NCBI GenBank assembly: GCA_949358305.1
Contig: OX442314.1
Location: 28,768,001-28,832,000, forward strand
DNA: 64,000 nt
Direction of reading: 5' to 3'
Source of the DNA: Strigamia acuminata
Taxonomy: Eukaryota
The notes beneath the pieces were generated by a model. It searched no databases. It saw only the letters and a program-made list of their open reading frames with translations, and had not been told where the DNA came from. This document shows, piece after piece, positions 45,761 through 58,676 of this stretch. The translations under genes and the position numbers were made by a program. Numbering within the stretch: position 1 is the stretch's first letter; each line of letters starts with the position of its first letter.

Positions 45761-48253
45761 TGTGACGGTTATAAAACCGTATTTTCCCAGATTTAACACC
45801 AGATGGCGCTATTTTGACTAAAAGCGCGCATTTTCGAATGAATTGCGAGAATTATAATTAATTGTTGGAATGACGTGAATAAATATAAATTATTTATTAA
45901 ACATGATAAAAGTATTATTTACTTGAATATTGATTCTACCGAATCAATATTATATTTTATATTTACGTGTTGAAGAGAACCAATCGGACTCTTTCGGACC
46001 CAGTCTATATTAGGTCCAGACAAGTGACCCACGAATCCGCGGATTCTGACGTCTGATTGGCTAACGCTAATCCTTCTGTTCTAAAGAACTATATAAGCTC
46101 TGGTTTTCCACCAGACCTTCGGCTTGTTTTCTGTATGTTTGTATGTATTGTTGGTTATCGTTTGATTTCTCTCTTTCTTATCGACACATCAGGCCCCCTC
46201 GTTGTCTCAGTCAATATGTATTCATTACTATTGTGCTATTCTTCGTTGTAGCGTCATTTCGGGAAGACTAACTCCGGTAACCAAATAGTCCCGTAGCGCT
46301 AGCCAGCTGTTCTAAGGAGCAGTAGGATTTCGTACGATGGCTTACCCAGGTAAAAAAAATCTGCAGAATTCTGCAGAAAGTTTGCCAGCAGAAAAAATTC
46401 TGCAGAAAATCAATTCCAACAGAGGTAAAAAAAAAAGTAAAAGATTTAAAAGTAAAAGATTCTGCAGAATTCTGCAGAAAAAATGACATCCGAAAAAATT
46501 TGCCAGAAAATCTTTTTTCTCTGCAGAATTGTGCAGAATAATTGTACGCCAAACGAAAGGGTAGCCAATGCTGGAAATCTCGTACGGGCAAAGATTTTGG
46601 ATTTCAAAATCCTTGAAATCTCATGAAATCTTGGAAATCCTGGAAATCTTTAAAATTTCATGAAATCCTGGAAATCTTAGAAATCCTGAAAATCCTGGAA
46701 ATTCTGGAAATCTTATAAATTGTCTTGCTATTTGGTGTAAATTAAACTTTATTTATTTAAACTTTTTATTTAAATCTGAGACTATTTGAAAATTTAAAAA
46801 CATTTCGGAAAAAGTAACTATATAAGAGAAGTTATGCATTCAAATAGTATAAGCTATACAAGCCTAGTGGATAGAGCACTGGTCTTTAGAACAATGGATC
46901 CCGGGTTCAATTCCAACAGAGGTAAAAAAAAAGTAAAAGATTTAAATAAAGATAAATAAAAATGTCAATAAAACATGCAATTTGTGTTAATAACAATGAA
47001 AACTAATTGTTGAATATGGGTTGTAAAAGAAACTAAATGGCTGTATATGGTAAAAAAAAAATTTGAGTTAGTGTAAAACATTTACAATGTATTACAAGTA
47101 TGTAAATCTGTTTTTTTTTTCTGCAGAATTCTGCAGAATTTGATACTTTTTTCTGCAGAAAATGCTTTCTGCAGAAAATATTCTGCAGAAAAGGTTAACA
47201 TTTTTCTGAAGAATTCTGCAGAATTTGGTAAGTTTTTCTGAAGAAAATTTTTCTGCACAACATGCAGAATTCTGCAGAACCTTTTTCTCCTGGGTAGTAT
47301 ATCGCTCATGCACGGGATTGATTAACACCGTTAAACAAATATCAAATTATATGATCGGTGATAGTCGCATCTATCTGCGCGATTCTCCGATCATAGGTCA
47401 GATGCTCTGCCAGAGCACATATACGGGAAGTCAAACCCGTCAAACAAATGCGGGCAAACCGTTTTCCCAGGGTTCCGATGCAGTGCATTGGCCCTTCCGT
47501 TAAGTAGGCAAGACTTGCCTGAGGTCGGTAAAAGCCTTATTCACAGGCGACGCACCGGGTTGGTGGCCCGTGAGCAATTGCATTCATACCTTGCGCTAAA
47601 CAAACACTCGGGTATTGGTAATGCCGATCTGGTAGTCCCCCAGGAACTGTTTACCCAGTGGTTGGTACCACTGAAAGTGACTCGTCGCAGAAAACAAATA
47701 CCCGGCGCCTGATCACGAGATCTTGTCGTCGTAAGGCATGCTGGCGGATGGAGTCTCAACAACTCCCGCGATGGTCCCCTCGACTGTCGTGACTGTCCCC
47801 GCCCATAGAATAACAATATAACAATTCATTTGTTATATTACACTAATATTGTTTATTGATTTGAATACGGAATATTCTAATGAATATTCCCGACTAAATA
47901 CGAAGGACTCTTCGTATTAATAGATATCCGAGCTGCGGGACCGAATACGTCTCCGTAGCGCTAATTGTGACGATGCCGCAAAGTCAGCCGCACCACTCGA
48001 ACAGCATCGCCCGGATCCTCAACCAGTGTAGCCGCCGTTACACTTATCCAGAACCCCAACCCAGTTGTAATGTTAATAAACATGTAATTATATCGCGCAA
48101 AACCGTAAGTTGTATTATTTCGTTGTATTTCCATTTGACACATGAATTCGTAGCTTATCTCGGTTAGGTTGTTACTAGGTGTAGTGACGTCTTGTTTAAA
48201 CCGATTTATCTCTTATAATGGCTAATTATTCAGCCAAAAGTAGAATCGTCACA
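45761..48253 (+). repeat. Element D 5' LTR (MITE-interrupted)
   Basis: 2493 bp = 1541 + 950 insertion + 2-bp TSD. Confidence 0.93.
46345..47294. mobile_element. Non-autonomous DNA transposon (CCCAG termini, TA TSD; CMC/EnSpm-like) in the D 5' LTR
   Basis: CCCAGG...CCTGGG with duplicated TA; the empty site is visible in the 3' LTR. Many palindromic TTCTGCAGAA subterminal repeats and a GAAATCCTG-type tandem array. Confidence 0.88.
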
Positions 48254-48255
48254 AG

Positions 48256-48273
48256 TGGAGGTTCTACCGAGAT
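48256..48273 (+). promoter_or_regulatory. Primer-binding site, tRNA-Gln (element D)
   Basis: TGGAGGTTCTACCGAGAT, 2 nt after the LTR. Confidence 0.85.
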
Positions 48274-51200
48274 AAGGCTGCAAAATTCGAGTGAATTTTG
48301 GGAATTGTACGCGTGTTTATGAGAATTCGAATAGTGTAACTTTTACGGTGATTTTTGTGTGTAAAATAAGTTTCGAACGAAATTTATTTTCGTGTCTAAT
48401 ATATTTTATTCTGTTTTAAGCTTTTACAAGATAATAATTGTAATTCATTTGCATTTCCGATTTTCCGTCGAAGAAATTGTATGTTTTAACAAACTAATAA
48501 TTTCCCACCGCGTGGTCAGGCCTAATGATCAGACCACGAGAATTGGAAAATCTTGCCCGAACTTGTCGTTGTTACGTCCGCCCGTGAAACGTCGATTCGC
48601 CGTCGTCGATTCGAGAAACCACGTGGTTGGGCCTAATACGAAAAGTTCAAAGTTTCATAAGGAATTCTAATTCCATCATGTATCCGTAGTCTGTTTATTT
48701 AAATAACTGTATATTACTTGAGACTTCGAGTAAAACTAATTTTATTTGCCCGAATAAAATGAAAAGGAAAATTCACATTTTCCGAAGGAAACTCAAATAT
48801 GAATTCTATTTTATCGGTTGTTTTAATTAAACAACCAAACGTTTAATTCTACTTGAGATTTCAAGTTAAACCTAATTTTATTCGCGTGAATGAAATACAG
48901 AAATTAAAATTTATATTTTATTTCAAAACTGGTTATTCTACTTACAAACCCGATATACATTGAAATGTTTGGTCCAAGTCATGATTTTAAGTCGTTAAAA
49001 TCCAAATCTACGAATGGAATGCCGTTTGATTTTAGTGAAGACATTTTCGCTACCGAGTTGCCTAGCGACCAGAAGCACGGTGTTCCGCCGAGAAGCCACC
49101 GAGAACCAAACGTTTCAGTGCGCTTTCATCGGGAGGTTTATAATTAATCTTTCCGTGGAAATAAGTTTTAATCGAAATGTATTTCTATCTGAATGTGTTT
49201 ATTTTTGTTCCTGTGATTAAAATCACAAAAGAAGGTATTTTCTTTTATCTTTATTTGTAATTTTCCGTTGAAAATTCGAATTCGTCGTAAAATGATTATT
49301 TTACCACGTGGCGAGGCCTAAAAAATCTCACCACGGAATGTTTGAGTTCTAATCCGAACTTATCGTTGTTTTGTCCGTTCACGAAACGTCTAAATTGTCG
49401 CCGTTACGATCGAATACGTAATCAGACTTAAAACGAGAAAGTTTAAGTTTCCCAAAAGAATTCGAGTTCGAATTTAAAGTAAGTTTCGTACGAAGTTTAT
49501 TTATTTCTAAAGTATTCAATTTTGTTCTTGTGATTGAAATCGTAAGAACGAGGAGTGTATTCACTTTTAAATGTATTTTCGGTAGAAAATTCGAACGATG
49601 GTGTAAAATAATTATTTTACCATGTGGTAAGGCCTAAAAATCCTATCACGGGAATTGGAGAATTCAATCCGAATTCGACGTTGTTTTCTCCGTCTGGACA
49701 ACGATGATTTGCCGTCGTAGTTACAAAGAAACACGCGGTCAGAAGAAGATTTAACGCCGAAGGAATTCGAAGCCTAATTCCAAGTTTATCGATTGTTTTT
49801 AAGTAAAAATAACCTAAACCACTAAATTCCGTTGGGAATTTCAAATTAAGTTAAAAAGATTATCAATAATTTTAAAACTAATTTTATTTTGAAAAATAAA
49901 AAACAAGACAAGTTGGTAAAGTTGAAAGAATAGGTTTATTCGTGTTAAAATTTTATTTACAAAATAGACACATACCTGATTATCTTTACATTTTGTGATT
50001 GTATAATCAAACTGTGATTTTAAAATGTTGAAATCCGAATTTTAAGAGAATGGAAAATCGTTCGAATGTCGATTCCGACGAAGCCATCTCGCAGCTGTGT
50101 TGCCTAGCAACCAGAAAAGCGCAGTGTTTTGCTGGGAAGCCGACAAGAATCCAAGCGCTTTCCTAAATTGTTGCCTAACAATTCAATCGACGTGAATTTG
50201 GTTTATATAAATAGATCTGGATTTAACCTAAAAGAGTAAATAAGTATGTTTTTAATAAAACTTTATTTATTTCGGTTTATTAAAATAAATCGAAGGATAC
50301 ATTAACTGAAAAAATTTCAGTTGAAAGAACGTTGCATTTTTTTAATTCTAATTTTCTAAGAGAAAAAATGGTAAAATTTGCGAATTGCAAAATCGAACGA
50401 TTTTGGTGTGGAAAAGGAATAAAACCTTATTCTTCATTCTCGAAATAACTGAGCGGAAATTTCAAGATACTTACAAAGTAAATAAGGAATTTTCCATTAC
50501 AACTATTTTTCATTGGAAAGAATGGATTTTACGAAGAAATGGTAAATCTAACACTTGGTAAGATTTTACCACCGGGGGATGAAGATGAGGCAAACGTTGA
50601 TTCACTCATGTCTGCCTACAGTACGTCGATTCAATCGAACACATAGAAAAACGACTTGGCGACCTTCGAAAGAATTCGTAGGCAACGTCAAAACGATTGG
50701 TTAGATATAAATACCTAATCTATCTAATTCTTGTTTGAATAAACAAGAAAGCATATAAATATTTATGCTTAATAATGTCAGAATATTTAAATAATGTTCG
50801 AATCCGGTTTTTCAGAAGATTCTAAAAGAATATTCTGAAGAAACGGAGGGGGAGGAGATACAAGAAACCTTGTATAATACAGTAAGAATCGCAAAATATG
50901 ATTATTTTTAGAAATTGATGGAATTACGATCGAAATTCCCATCAAAATCGTTCATAAATAAAATATTTATAAGATATAGTTTAAACTTAGTTAAAACTCG
51001 GTTAAAACTGAAATCGATTATTCAAAGTGATTTTGTGAACAACTTTCATAAAATAATTATTAGTTTTAATTAAAACTTTATTTCGGTTTATGAAAATAAA
51101 TTTGAAGAGAAATTCACAAAGTGAACAAATTCACCATTCTTAGCAAAGATTTGTGATATTTTGAAATGGAAAAGTGTCCATTTTGTTTTTGTGACTACGT

Positions 51201-51399
51201 CACAATACTGAAATCTGACGAGATTAAGGTTCCACGAAAATGGTGAAATCCATCAATCACAAACGAGATTAAAATTTCGTAAGACTAACGTTTGAAGTTT
51301 GGCCAATCAGAGAGGTTTACCGAAGTATATCTACTTCAATTTGAACCAGTGTAACCATTGCTTCGTTTGCAACCCCCCCTGAACGCTTGTGACTTCTTC

Positions 51400-52686
51400 G
51401 GGGTGCCGTCCGAACGGCGAATCGCCTAAGGGCGAATTTCGCCATTGTGATTAATGGCGAAAAAATTTATTTTTTCGCCAAAAACATTTCCAATGGCGAA
51501 TTTGCACACATTCGCCATTGGAACTGACCAAATAGGTTTCTAATGGCGAATCGGTGTAAAATGAAACCGATTCGCCATTGGAACTGACCAAATAGGTTTC
51601 TAATGGCGAATCGGTGTAAAATGAAACCGATTCGCCATTGGAACTGACCAAATAGGTTTCTAATGGCGAATCGGTGTAAAATGAAACCGATTCGCCATTG
51701 GAACTGACCAAATAGGTTTCTAATGGCGAATCGGTGCCGTTCCAATAGTGCAACAATGGCGAACAAGACAATAATGCCAATAATACGTGCTAGCGGTACG
51801 ATAACGAAGAAGAAATTGAAGCGAGTATGGGTAAACCGTTAGTTTTTCAGGACCAAACACCGCACATGGAGGACTTGGACACATGGACATAGGTGATTGA
51901 TTGGCTGCGGGTGGATTGGACAGGGACACAACATGACACGAACAACCGATTTGTGTTAATTTTTTTTTATTTATGCATACTTAAAACATAGGAATAAATA
52001 AATAAAAATGGAAAATATTAATTTTAACCTGTTTGTCTGCTTTATTTAATGATTTAATGCTTTTAGTTTAGTTGCATTCAGATTCTTTATGAAGTGATTA
52101 AATTATGTCTACTCCGCCGCATCATCACATTTGTTTTGCATAAACGAATGTGATACGTTTAAGAAATGACACGATTCGGCAACGTCGCCGTATATATCCA
52201 CGTATATATAAACATTCGCCATCGTCGTCGCTGTTCGCCTACTGCTATATTCGCCGTCGACGTCGTCTACTAGTTCATTTGCCATCGCCGTCGCCTAATT
52301 GTCAAACATGCAAGCCGTTGTCACCGAAGGATTTAGAAAGAATTCCAAACTTTATTTGATAGCTGGATTACTTTATCGCCGCGAGTCAACGCGAGTCAAC
52401 ACAGCGTACCTGTCTTGTAACAACCGATCGTGCAGCGGGCGGGCGGTTTTGAACACCGTAACGAATCTTGCTCGAATTTCGGTAGAACATAGTTCAGAGC
52501 ATTTGGATGCTGATGAGGCTGTTGCAAACAGGAGGTTTGCGGTTGAAGTCAAGAGGCGGGCTGAACTAGAGCCCTCGGTCAGCTTGCGTACAATTTTCGA
52601 TGGCACGACGCTTGAGATTCCGCAGGCTACAACATCGTTCAGATCAGCAGAGTCAGGGATGGCTAAGAGACGGAGGTTAAACTTTC
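51400..52686 (+). mobile_element. One-ended Mutator-like (MULE) fragment inside element D
   Basis: GGGGTGCCGTCCGAACGGCGAA terminus, palindromic TTCGCCATT/AATGGCGAA subterminal repeats, then a FLYWCH-type zinc-finger coding segment. No right TIR or DDE domain. Confidence 0.7.
51511..51736. repeat. 60-bp tandem repeat (~3.8 copies), MULE subterminal array
   Basis: Unit TTCGCCATTGGAACTGACCAAATAGGTTTCTAATGGCGAATCGGTGTAAAATGAAACCGA. Confidence 0.95.
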
Positions 52687-54131
52687 GTTATATCTTGGAC
52701 TTCGGAACTTTTAAGATGAATAGTAACCAGCATTCAATGAATACCCGTGGTAAGGAAAAAATGACTTGTTTGACCGGTGGAATAAATTTAACCGGACTTG
52801 TAACAATTCCTAATGGAACTGTACCAAATCCCCCTGAGGAAGAAAATCATCCATGGGATGGATCACATTTAGGTACGGTAGGATTATTATTTTGTACTGA
52901 TCATGGTTTGAATCCAAACAAATTCCGATCAATTGTCGAAGTATTTGATTTTGTTAATACAAATCAAATACCTTTTAAAGGATCCAGATATAGATCTCGT
53001 TCTCCCGCTAATTATGGACCTAACGATTCACGATTAGGTTCGATTCTTTCGACACCAATCAGTCGGTATCAAAGGAGAGCCGTAGTGCAAGACCCTCGTC
53101 AGGCACCAAAGAATTTTATGCATAGACCAATAAATTGGACCATGGGCGGAAACAATTCCTTGCCCATCAATCCTAATGCCCGTGTTACAAGTTACTTAAG
53201 TAACCAAACACAAATTAGACTTAGGAATCAAGGAAGTTTGAATAATCATTCGAACTCAGATCAAGGTGGTCCGAATAATGATATACCTATGTTTTCCGGT
53301 AAAACAGAAGAAAGCAAACGCTTTCTCGCTATTATAAAGAACGTTGCATTTTTAAGAAAAATATCGCTAGACGAAATGGTTCACGAATGTATTCCACACT
53401 ATTTAATAAATTCCGCCCAGAATTGGTTTAATGGAAATCAGGCTAAATTTCTCAATTGGGAAATATTCGAACATTTGTTTCGTAAAAGATTTATGACGAC
53501 GGGATTAAATCACACAATACAGTTGATCACAACTAGACAACAAGACTCAGAGAGTTTATATGCGTTTATACACCGATTCTATAAAATATGGAAATCGCAA
53601 AACAATATTTCTTCTATAGCTGCGGTTGCACTATTGTTTAACAATCTCACTAGAAATAGTGTCCGTTTGTTACACCAACAAGGAGTGACAGATCTTTGTT
53701 TAGGTGAAATTTATAAAGTAATCCGTGAAAATGGAGCTTTATTTGGTGAATCTAAAGATGAACCTATAAAAGGAATCTCTAAAGAGTGTAACACCAATTG
53801 TGGGTTTAATGGAAGCTTAGAAGCCATTACTGTTGTAGAAGACATAGACGTTTTCAACGAAACTGTCCATTTATTGAAACCTTGTTCGAATAATAATTCG
53901 AAAAAGTCTCGAAAGAGACCAAATACAGAAACGGCAACTGGTGTTCCATTTGCTAAACGTTCGAAACCCAATTGGGTAACAACAGAAGTGTTAAATTCTA
54001 CACTTGATGCTAAATTTAGTAAATTTGAGAACAAATTACAAAACAGTCTTGAGAGTTTCCTAGCTGAAATTCTTAAGAAAGTGGATAAACCTGAAACAAA
54101 CGTTTCTAATGTGTCTGAAGCAAAATGCTAG
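52308..54131 (+). CDS. Chimeric FLYWCH zinc finger - Gag (capsid-like) ORF
   Basis: N-terminal LIAGLLY...YLSC-x4-C...H-x3-H. From ATG 52716, a gag-like region (PMFSG...LINSAQNWF...WEIFEHLFRKRF...QQDSESLYAFIHRF) aligns with the A/B capsid segments. Confidence 0.75.
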   Translation: MQAVVTEGFRKNSKLYLIAGLLYRRESTRVNTAYLSCNNRSCSGRAVLNTVTNLARISVEHSSEHLDADEAVANRRFAVEVKRRAELEPSVSLRTIFDGTTLEIPQATTSFRSAESGMAKRRRLNFRYILDFGTFKMNSNQHSMNTRGKEKMTCLTGGINLTGLVTIPNGTVPNPPEEENHPWDGSHLGTVGLLFCTDHGLNPNKFRSIVEVFDFVNTNQIPFKGSRYRSRSPANYGPNDSRLGSILSTPISRYQRRAVVQDPRQAPKNFMHRPINWTMGGNNSLPINPNARVTSYLSNQTQIRLRNQGSLNNHSNSDQGGPNNDIPMFSGKTEESKRFLAIIKNVAFLRKISLDEMVHECIPHYLINSAQNWFNGNQAKFLNWEIFEHLFRKRFMTTGLNHTIQLITTRQQDSESLYAFIHRFYKIWKSQNNISSIAAVALLFNNLTRNSVRLLHQQGVTDLCLGEIYKVIRENGALFGESKDEPIKGISKECNTNCGFNGSLEAITVVEDIDVFNETVHLLKPCSNNNSKKSRKRPNTETATGVPFAKRSKPNWVTTEVLNSTLDAKFSKFENKLQNSLESFLAEILKKVDKPETNVSNVSEAKC

Positions 54132-54959
54132 ATCCGGGGGATAAAAGATTATCCCTCCAAAGTCAAAAGATTTTTAAATAAATCTCGATCACCGGAACTT
54201 TAAATAAAGTTTCGGTTAATAAGAGTTGAATTTATTCAATAGAATAAGAGGTTTTTAATAAAAACTTGTGTGGTATTTGGATAAATATCTTAGCGGTGTA
54301 GTGATTAATAAATCACACCACCGGGGGATAGAATTCTAGAATTCTGGAAAGCATGATAAAATAAAAGAAGTTTTATTTCGGAACAAATATATTTTATGCT
54401 CGTAGAATAAATTGGTATTGTTTTCTAGAAGAAAATAAATTACCAGTTAGGTTACTTGTCTACGAATAAATATTTGTAGTAATTAGACAATAGTCTAGTT
54501 ACTTGTGTTAAAAAGGTCCCCAGTTAGAATGAAATTCAAGTCGCGGTCGAGGCTTGGGATATTAAGCAGCGAGAGAATTATGTTTTGATTTTTATTAAAG
54601 TCAAAATTCGTATGAGCTGTTACAGATCTTAGAGTAAATATATTTATATTTGAATTAGATCGGTAGAGTAAGATTTCAATTGAAATCGAGCGGTTGACGA
54701 ACATGAATGACATGATCCGAAGGTTCCATTCTGTTGCTTAGCCACCAGGAGAAGTGTCGTACAGGAAAACCAATTAGTCAATTGTGTTATGAGTTTCTGA
54801 AAGAAATTGGTGTGATTAATTTTGAATAAAATTAATAGAGCACGTATTGGATTAAAATAATTCAATAAAAATCTGGGTGAACATCTTAAGTTTAAGAAGT
54901 AACTCTTGTCGATGACAAATATAGAGTTAGTAAGCTCTTATGTTTGTCACCGGGGGATA

Positions 54960-56500
54960 TGTGACGGTTATAAAACCGTATTTTCCCAGATTTAACACCA
55001 GATGGCGCTATTTTGACTAAAAGCGCGCATTTTCGAATGAATTGCGAGAATTATAATTAATTGTTGGAATGACGTGAATAAATATAAATTATTTATTAAA
55101 CATGATAAAAGTATTATTTACTTGAATATTGATTCTACCGAATCAATATTATATTTTATATTTACGTGTTGAAGAGAACCAATCGGACTCTTTCGGACCC
55201 AGTCTATATTAGGTCCAGACAAGTGACCCACGAATCCGCGGATTCTGACGTCTGATTGGCTAACGCTAATCCTTCTGTGCTAAAGAACTATATAAGCTCT
55301 GGTTTTCCACTAGACCTTCGGCTTGTTTTCTGTATGTTTGTATGTATTGTTGGTTATCGTTTGATTTCTCTCTTTCTTATCGACACATCAGGCCCCCTCG
55401 TTGTCTCAGTCAATATGTATTCATTACTATTGTGCTATTCTTCGTTGTAGCGTCATTTCGGGAAGACTAACTCCGGTAACCAAATAGTCCCGTAGCGCTA
55501 GCCAGCTGTTCTAAGGAGCAGTAGGATTTCGTACGGTGGCTTAGTATATCGCTCATGCACGGGATTGATTAACACCGTTAAACAAATATCAAATTATATG
55601 ATCGGTGATAGTCGCATCTATCTGCGCGATTCTCCGATCATAGGTCAGATGCTCTGCCAGAGCACATATACGGGAAGTCAAACCCGTCAAACAAATGCGG
55701 GCAAACCGTTTTCCCAGGGTTCCGATGCAGTGCATTGGCCCTTCCGTTAAGTAGGCAAGACTTGCCTGAGGTCGGTAAAAGCCTTATTCACAGGCGACGC
55801 ACCGGGTTGGTGGCCCGTGAGCAATTGCATTCATACCTTGCGCTAAACAAACACTCGGGTATTGGTAATGCCGATCTGGTAGTCCCCCAGGAACTGTTTA
55901 CCCAGTGGTTGGTACCACTGAAAGTGACTCGTCGCAGAAAACAAATACCCGGCGCCTGATCACGAGATCTTGTCGTCGTAAGGCATGCTGGCGGATGGAG
56001 TCTCAACAACTCCCGCGATGGTCCCCTTGACTGTCGTGACTGTCCCCGCCCATAGAATAACAATATAACAATTCATTTGTTATATTACACTAATATTGTT
56101 TATTGATTTGAATACGGAATATTCTAATGAATATTCCCGACTAAATACGAAGGACTCTTCGTATTAATAGATATCCGAGCTGCGGGACCGAATACGTCTC
56201 CGTAGCGCTAATTGTGACGATGCCGCAAAGTCAGCCGCACCACTCGAACAGCATCGCCCGGATCCTCAACCAGTGTAGCCGCCGTTACACTTATCCAGAA
56301 CCCCAACCCAGTTGTAATGTTAATAAACATGTAATTATATCGCGCAAAACCGTAAGTTGTATTATTTCGTTGTATTTCCATTTGACACATGAATTCGTAG
56401 CTTATCTCGGTTAGGTTGTTACTAGGTGTAGTGACGTCTTGTTTAAACCGATTTATCTCTTATAATGGCTAATTATTCAGCCAAAAGTAGAATCGTCACA
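54960..56500 (+). repeat. Element D 3' LTR
   Basis: Direct repeat of the 5' LTR minus the MITE, followed by TSD GTAT. Confidence 0.95.
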
Positions 56501-58676
56501 GTATGTATTTTTCTTCGCAATAAAATCTAGGAAATAAAGTAATAGACACTTACCTGGTAGAAAATTGTTAAAAACAACCTGATAAAAAATTGTTAAAAAC
56601 AATTTTGAGATACAAATACGACGTCACGCTCCGATTGGTTCAATCAGTCAGTGAACTCATCGATGAACAAACCTGTGGAAGTATAACCAAAAATGAGAAA
56701 TGAGCAAAACTCCAAAAGTTCCTACCGACTATGATGTCTACTGCTGGCAGCCATTATTACACCAAGGCATAGAGCAAGGGTGAACGAGTTATTACTGTAG
56801 GTTTGGCCACTTGGCCAAAATGCCCAAAATGGCGTCATTTCCTTAAGTCGAAGAGGCGGAGCTATTCCAAACAAGGGGTAAGGGGCGCCTGAGTTTTTCA
56901 AGCCCAGGGCGCTGAAAAGTGTTAAAACGACCCTTAATGCTGGCGCGAAATGAATAAGAGCGGAAAACTATATTTCTAAGAACGTCTAACAAGGGGGACT
57001 AGCAAACCTAACCTTACCAGTGCTTTTTAAACAAATGCCAGTATTGAAATTTGTATTCCATTTTAAAATTCCGCAGTTAATCAGTAACCGATTTTTAAAT
57101 TCCGCGGTTATTCATTAATTTATGTTGTCCGGAATTTGAATATGTCATTTATTTCCGCGGTTATTTTATTACGTAACTTTTTCTTGGATAAAAAAAATGA
57201 AAGGCGAAAACGTAACCAAATCGTTTTGCAGGGCAGCAGATATCAAAACAAGATCTATAGTTGTGTTCATGGATTTTTAACGATATGTAATGTAAAAAAT
57301 AGAGATAGAATCGCTACAATAGCGATAGCAATTGCGTGTTAACGAGCCCAACAGTCTGTTAAATAGACAGAACATTAAAACGTCCAGTAACCAATACGTA
57401 GTCTAGGTTTGTGTTGTCGATTTAATTATTTATTATTCGCTATTTACGCAATGCTCATGTCTATAGTCTGTCCCAACTGTTACGCTTTGTGTAATGTAAA
57501 GTGGTCTTGCGAAGTAACGGTTCCTATCTATCTAAATCAGGGTCGATACCAAATCGACATCGTCACGCTTATCTCGAAGCACAATCAATTTTACAAAGAA
57601 ATACGGAGTAATAAAATATTTATTTGAATTTGTATCAATACTTTCTTTCATAGTCAACCTACCCGACAGAATATCAATATTCCACGTGTCTGCATTGGTT
57701 AGGTAAGAGTGTTTTTTACTCCTTGTTCTCTAGAAGTTGCACATTCACAACTTTCCATCTTATTACCTACTGTATCTGGCTTGACGGCTACTTTCGAATT
57801 TCAGAAGAATTTACATACCAATAGCACGGTGATACGAAATATCATCTAGACTCAACAATGACTGGTCGAATTTGGAACTCGGCTCAAATCCGCAACGCAC
57901 AAAGAGCGAAAATGTAAGTATCAGCACATAATTAGTGACTGATTCGAATAGAGACATACCAGAATAGCTGTTCAGTAAGAGACTTGGAGCACGTCTTACT
58001 ACATGGGTGGCTTTATTCGGACTAAAGGTAAAAAGCTGTGAATGGGAAAGACAGTGTTACATGACACTACAACGAATCTTTGCGATTTACGAATAAAGTG
58101 AAAGGGCGATGGTTAAAATTACATTACAAACTTTGCTTCTTTTGTGGTTAAAAGCAATACGCGTGGCGAGCACGGTGATTTTCATAAAGTTAGTGAATAT
58201 TTGGGGTCCACACCACATTATAAAATAATACACAATACATCTTTTTATTTTTAAAAATGAATAATTTCTAATTATTTTAAGTGATCATTTAGCTTAAACT
58301 AAAAACAACAGTGAATTCTAATTTACTGTATAATTGCTATTACAAAAAAGGGCATTAATTCTAGAAAAATAACTAATTATACGCGATTAAAATTAATAGG
58401 GAAATAAGTTACTAAGACTAGCTGTTACTGTATATTAATAAATTTCGTTGTATATTTGTCATGTGATACACTAATGATTACAATGGACAGATTACTTATT
58501 GGACCTACAGTAGCACAAATTTATGACACATTTTATTGCACATCATCTTCCGCTTGCTCTCAATTTTGCATCTAATTTTTTAATTTATCATTTGTTGACA
58601 CAACTGAAAATATTTGCCAGTATGTTTGCAACTAAAATGGTTTCATTATCGAAAACTATTTATTCGCAGATGCAAC

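Larger units (their letters stand above)
45761..56500 (+). mobile_element. Non-autonomous gag-only LTR element D
   Basis: LTRs 45761-48253 (with a 950-bp MITE) and 54960-56500 (1541 bp), TGTGACG...CGTCACA, TSD GTAT, tRNA-Gln PBS 48256-48273, PPT CCGGGGGATA. At least 4 LTR differences; no pol. Confidence 0.95.

Noticed and set aside
46858..46925. Functional tRNA gene
   Set aside because: Acceptor and anticodon stems do not pair convincingly, and it lies inside a MITE.
51451..51780. Palindromic 60-bp repeats as CRISPR or as protein-coding ORFs
   Set aside because: No unique spacers; best explained as transposon subterminal repeats.
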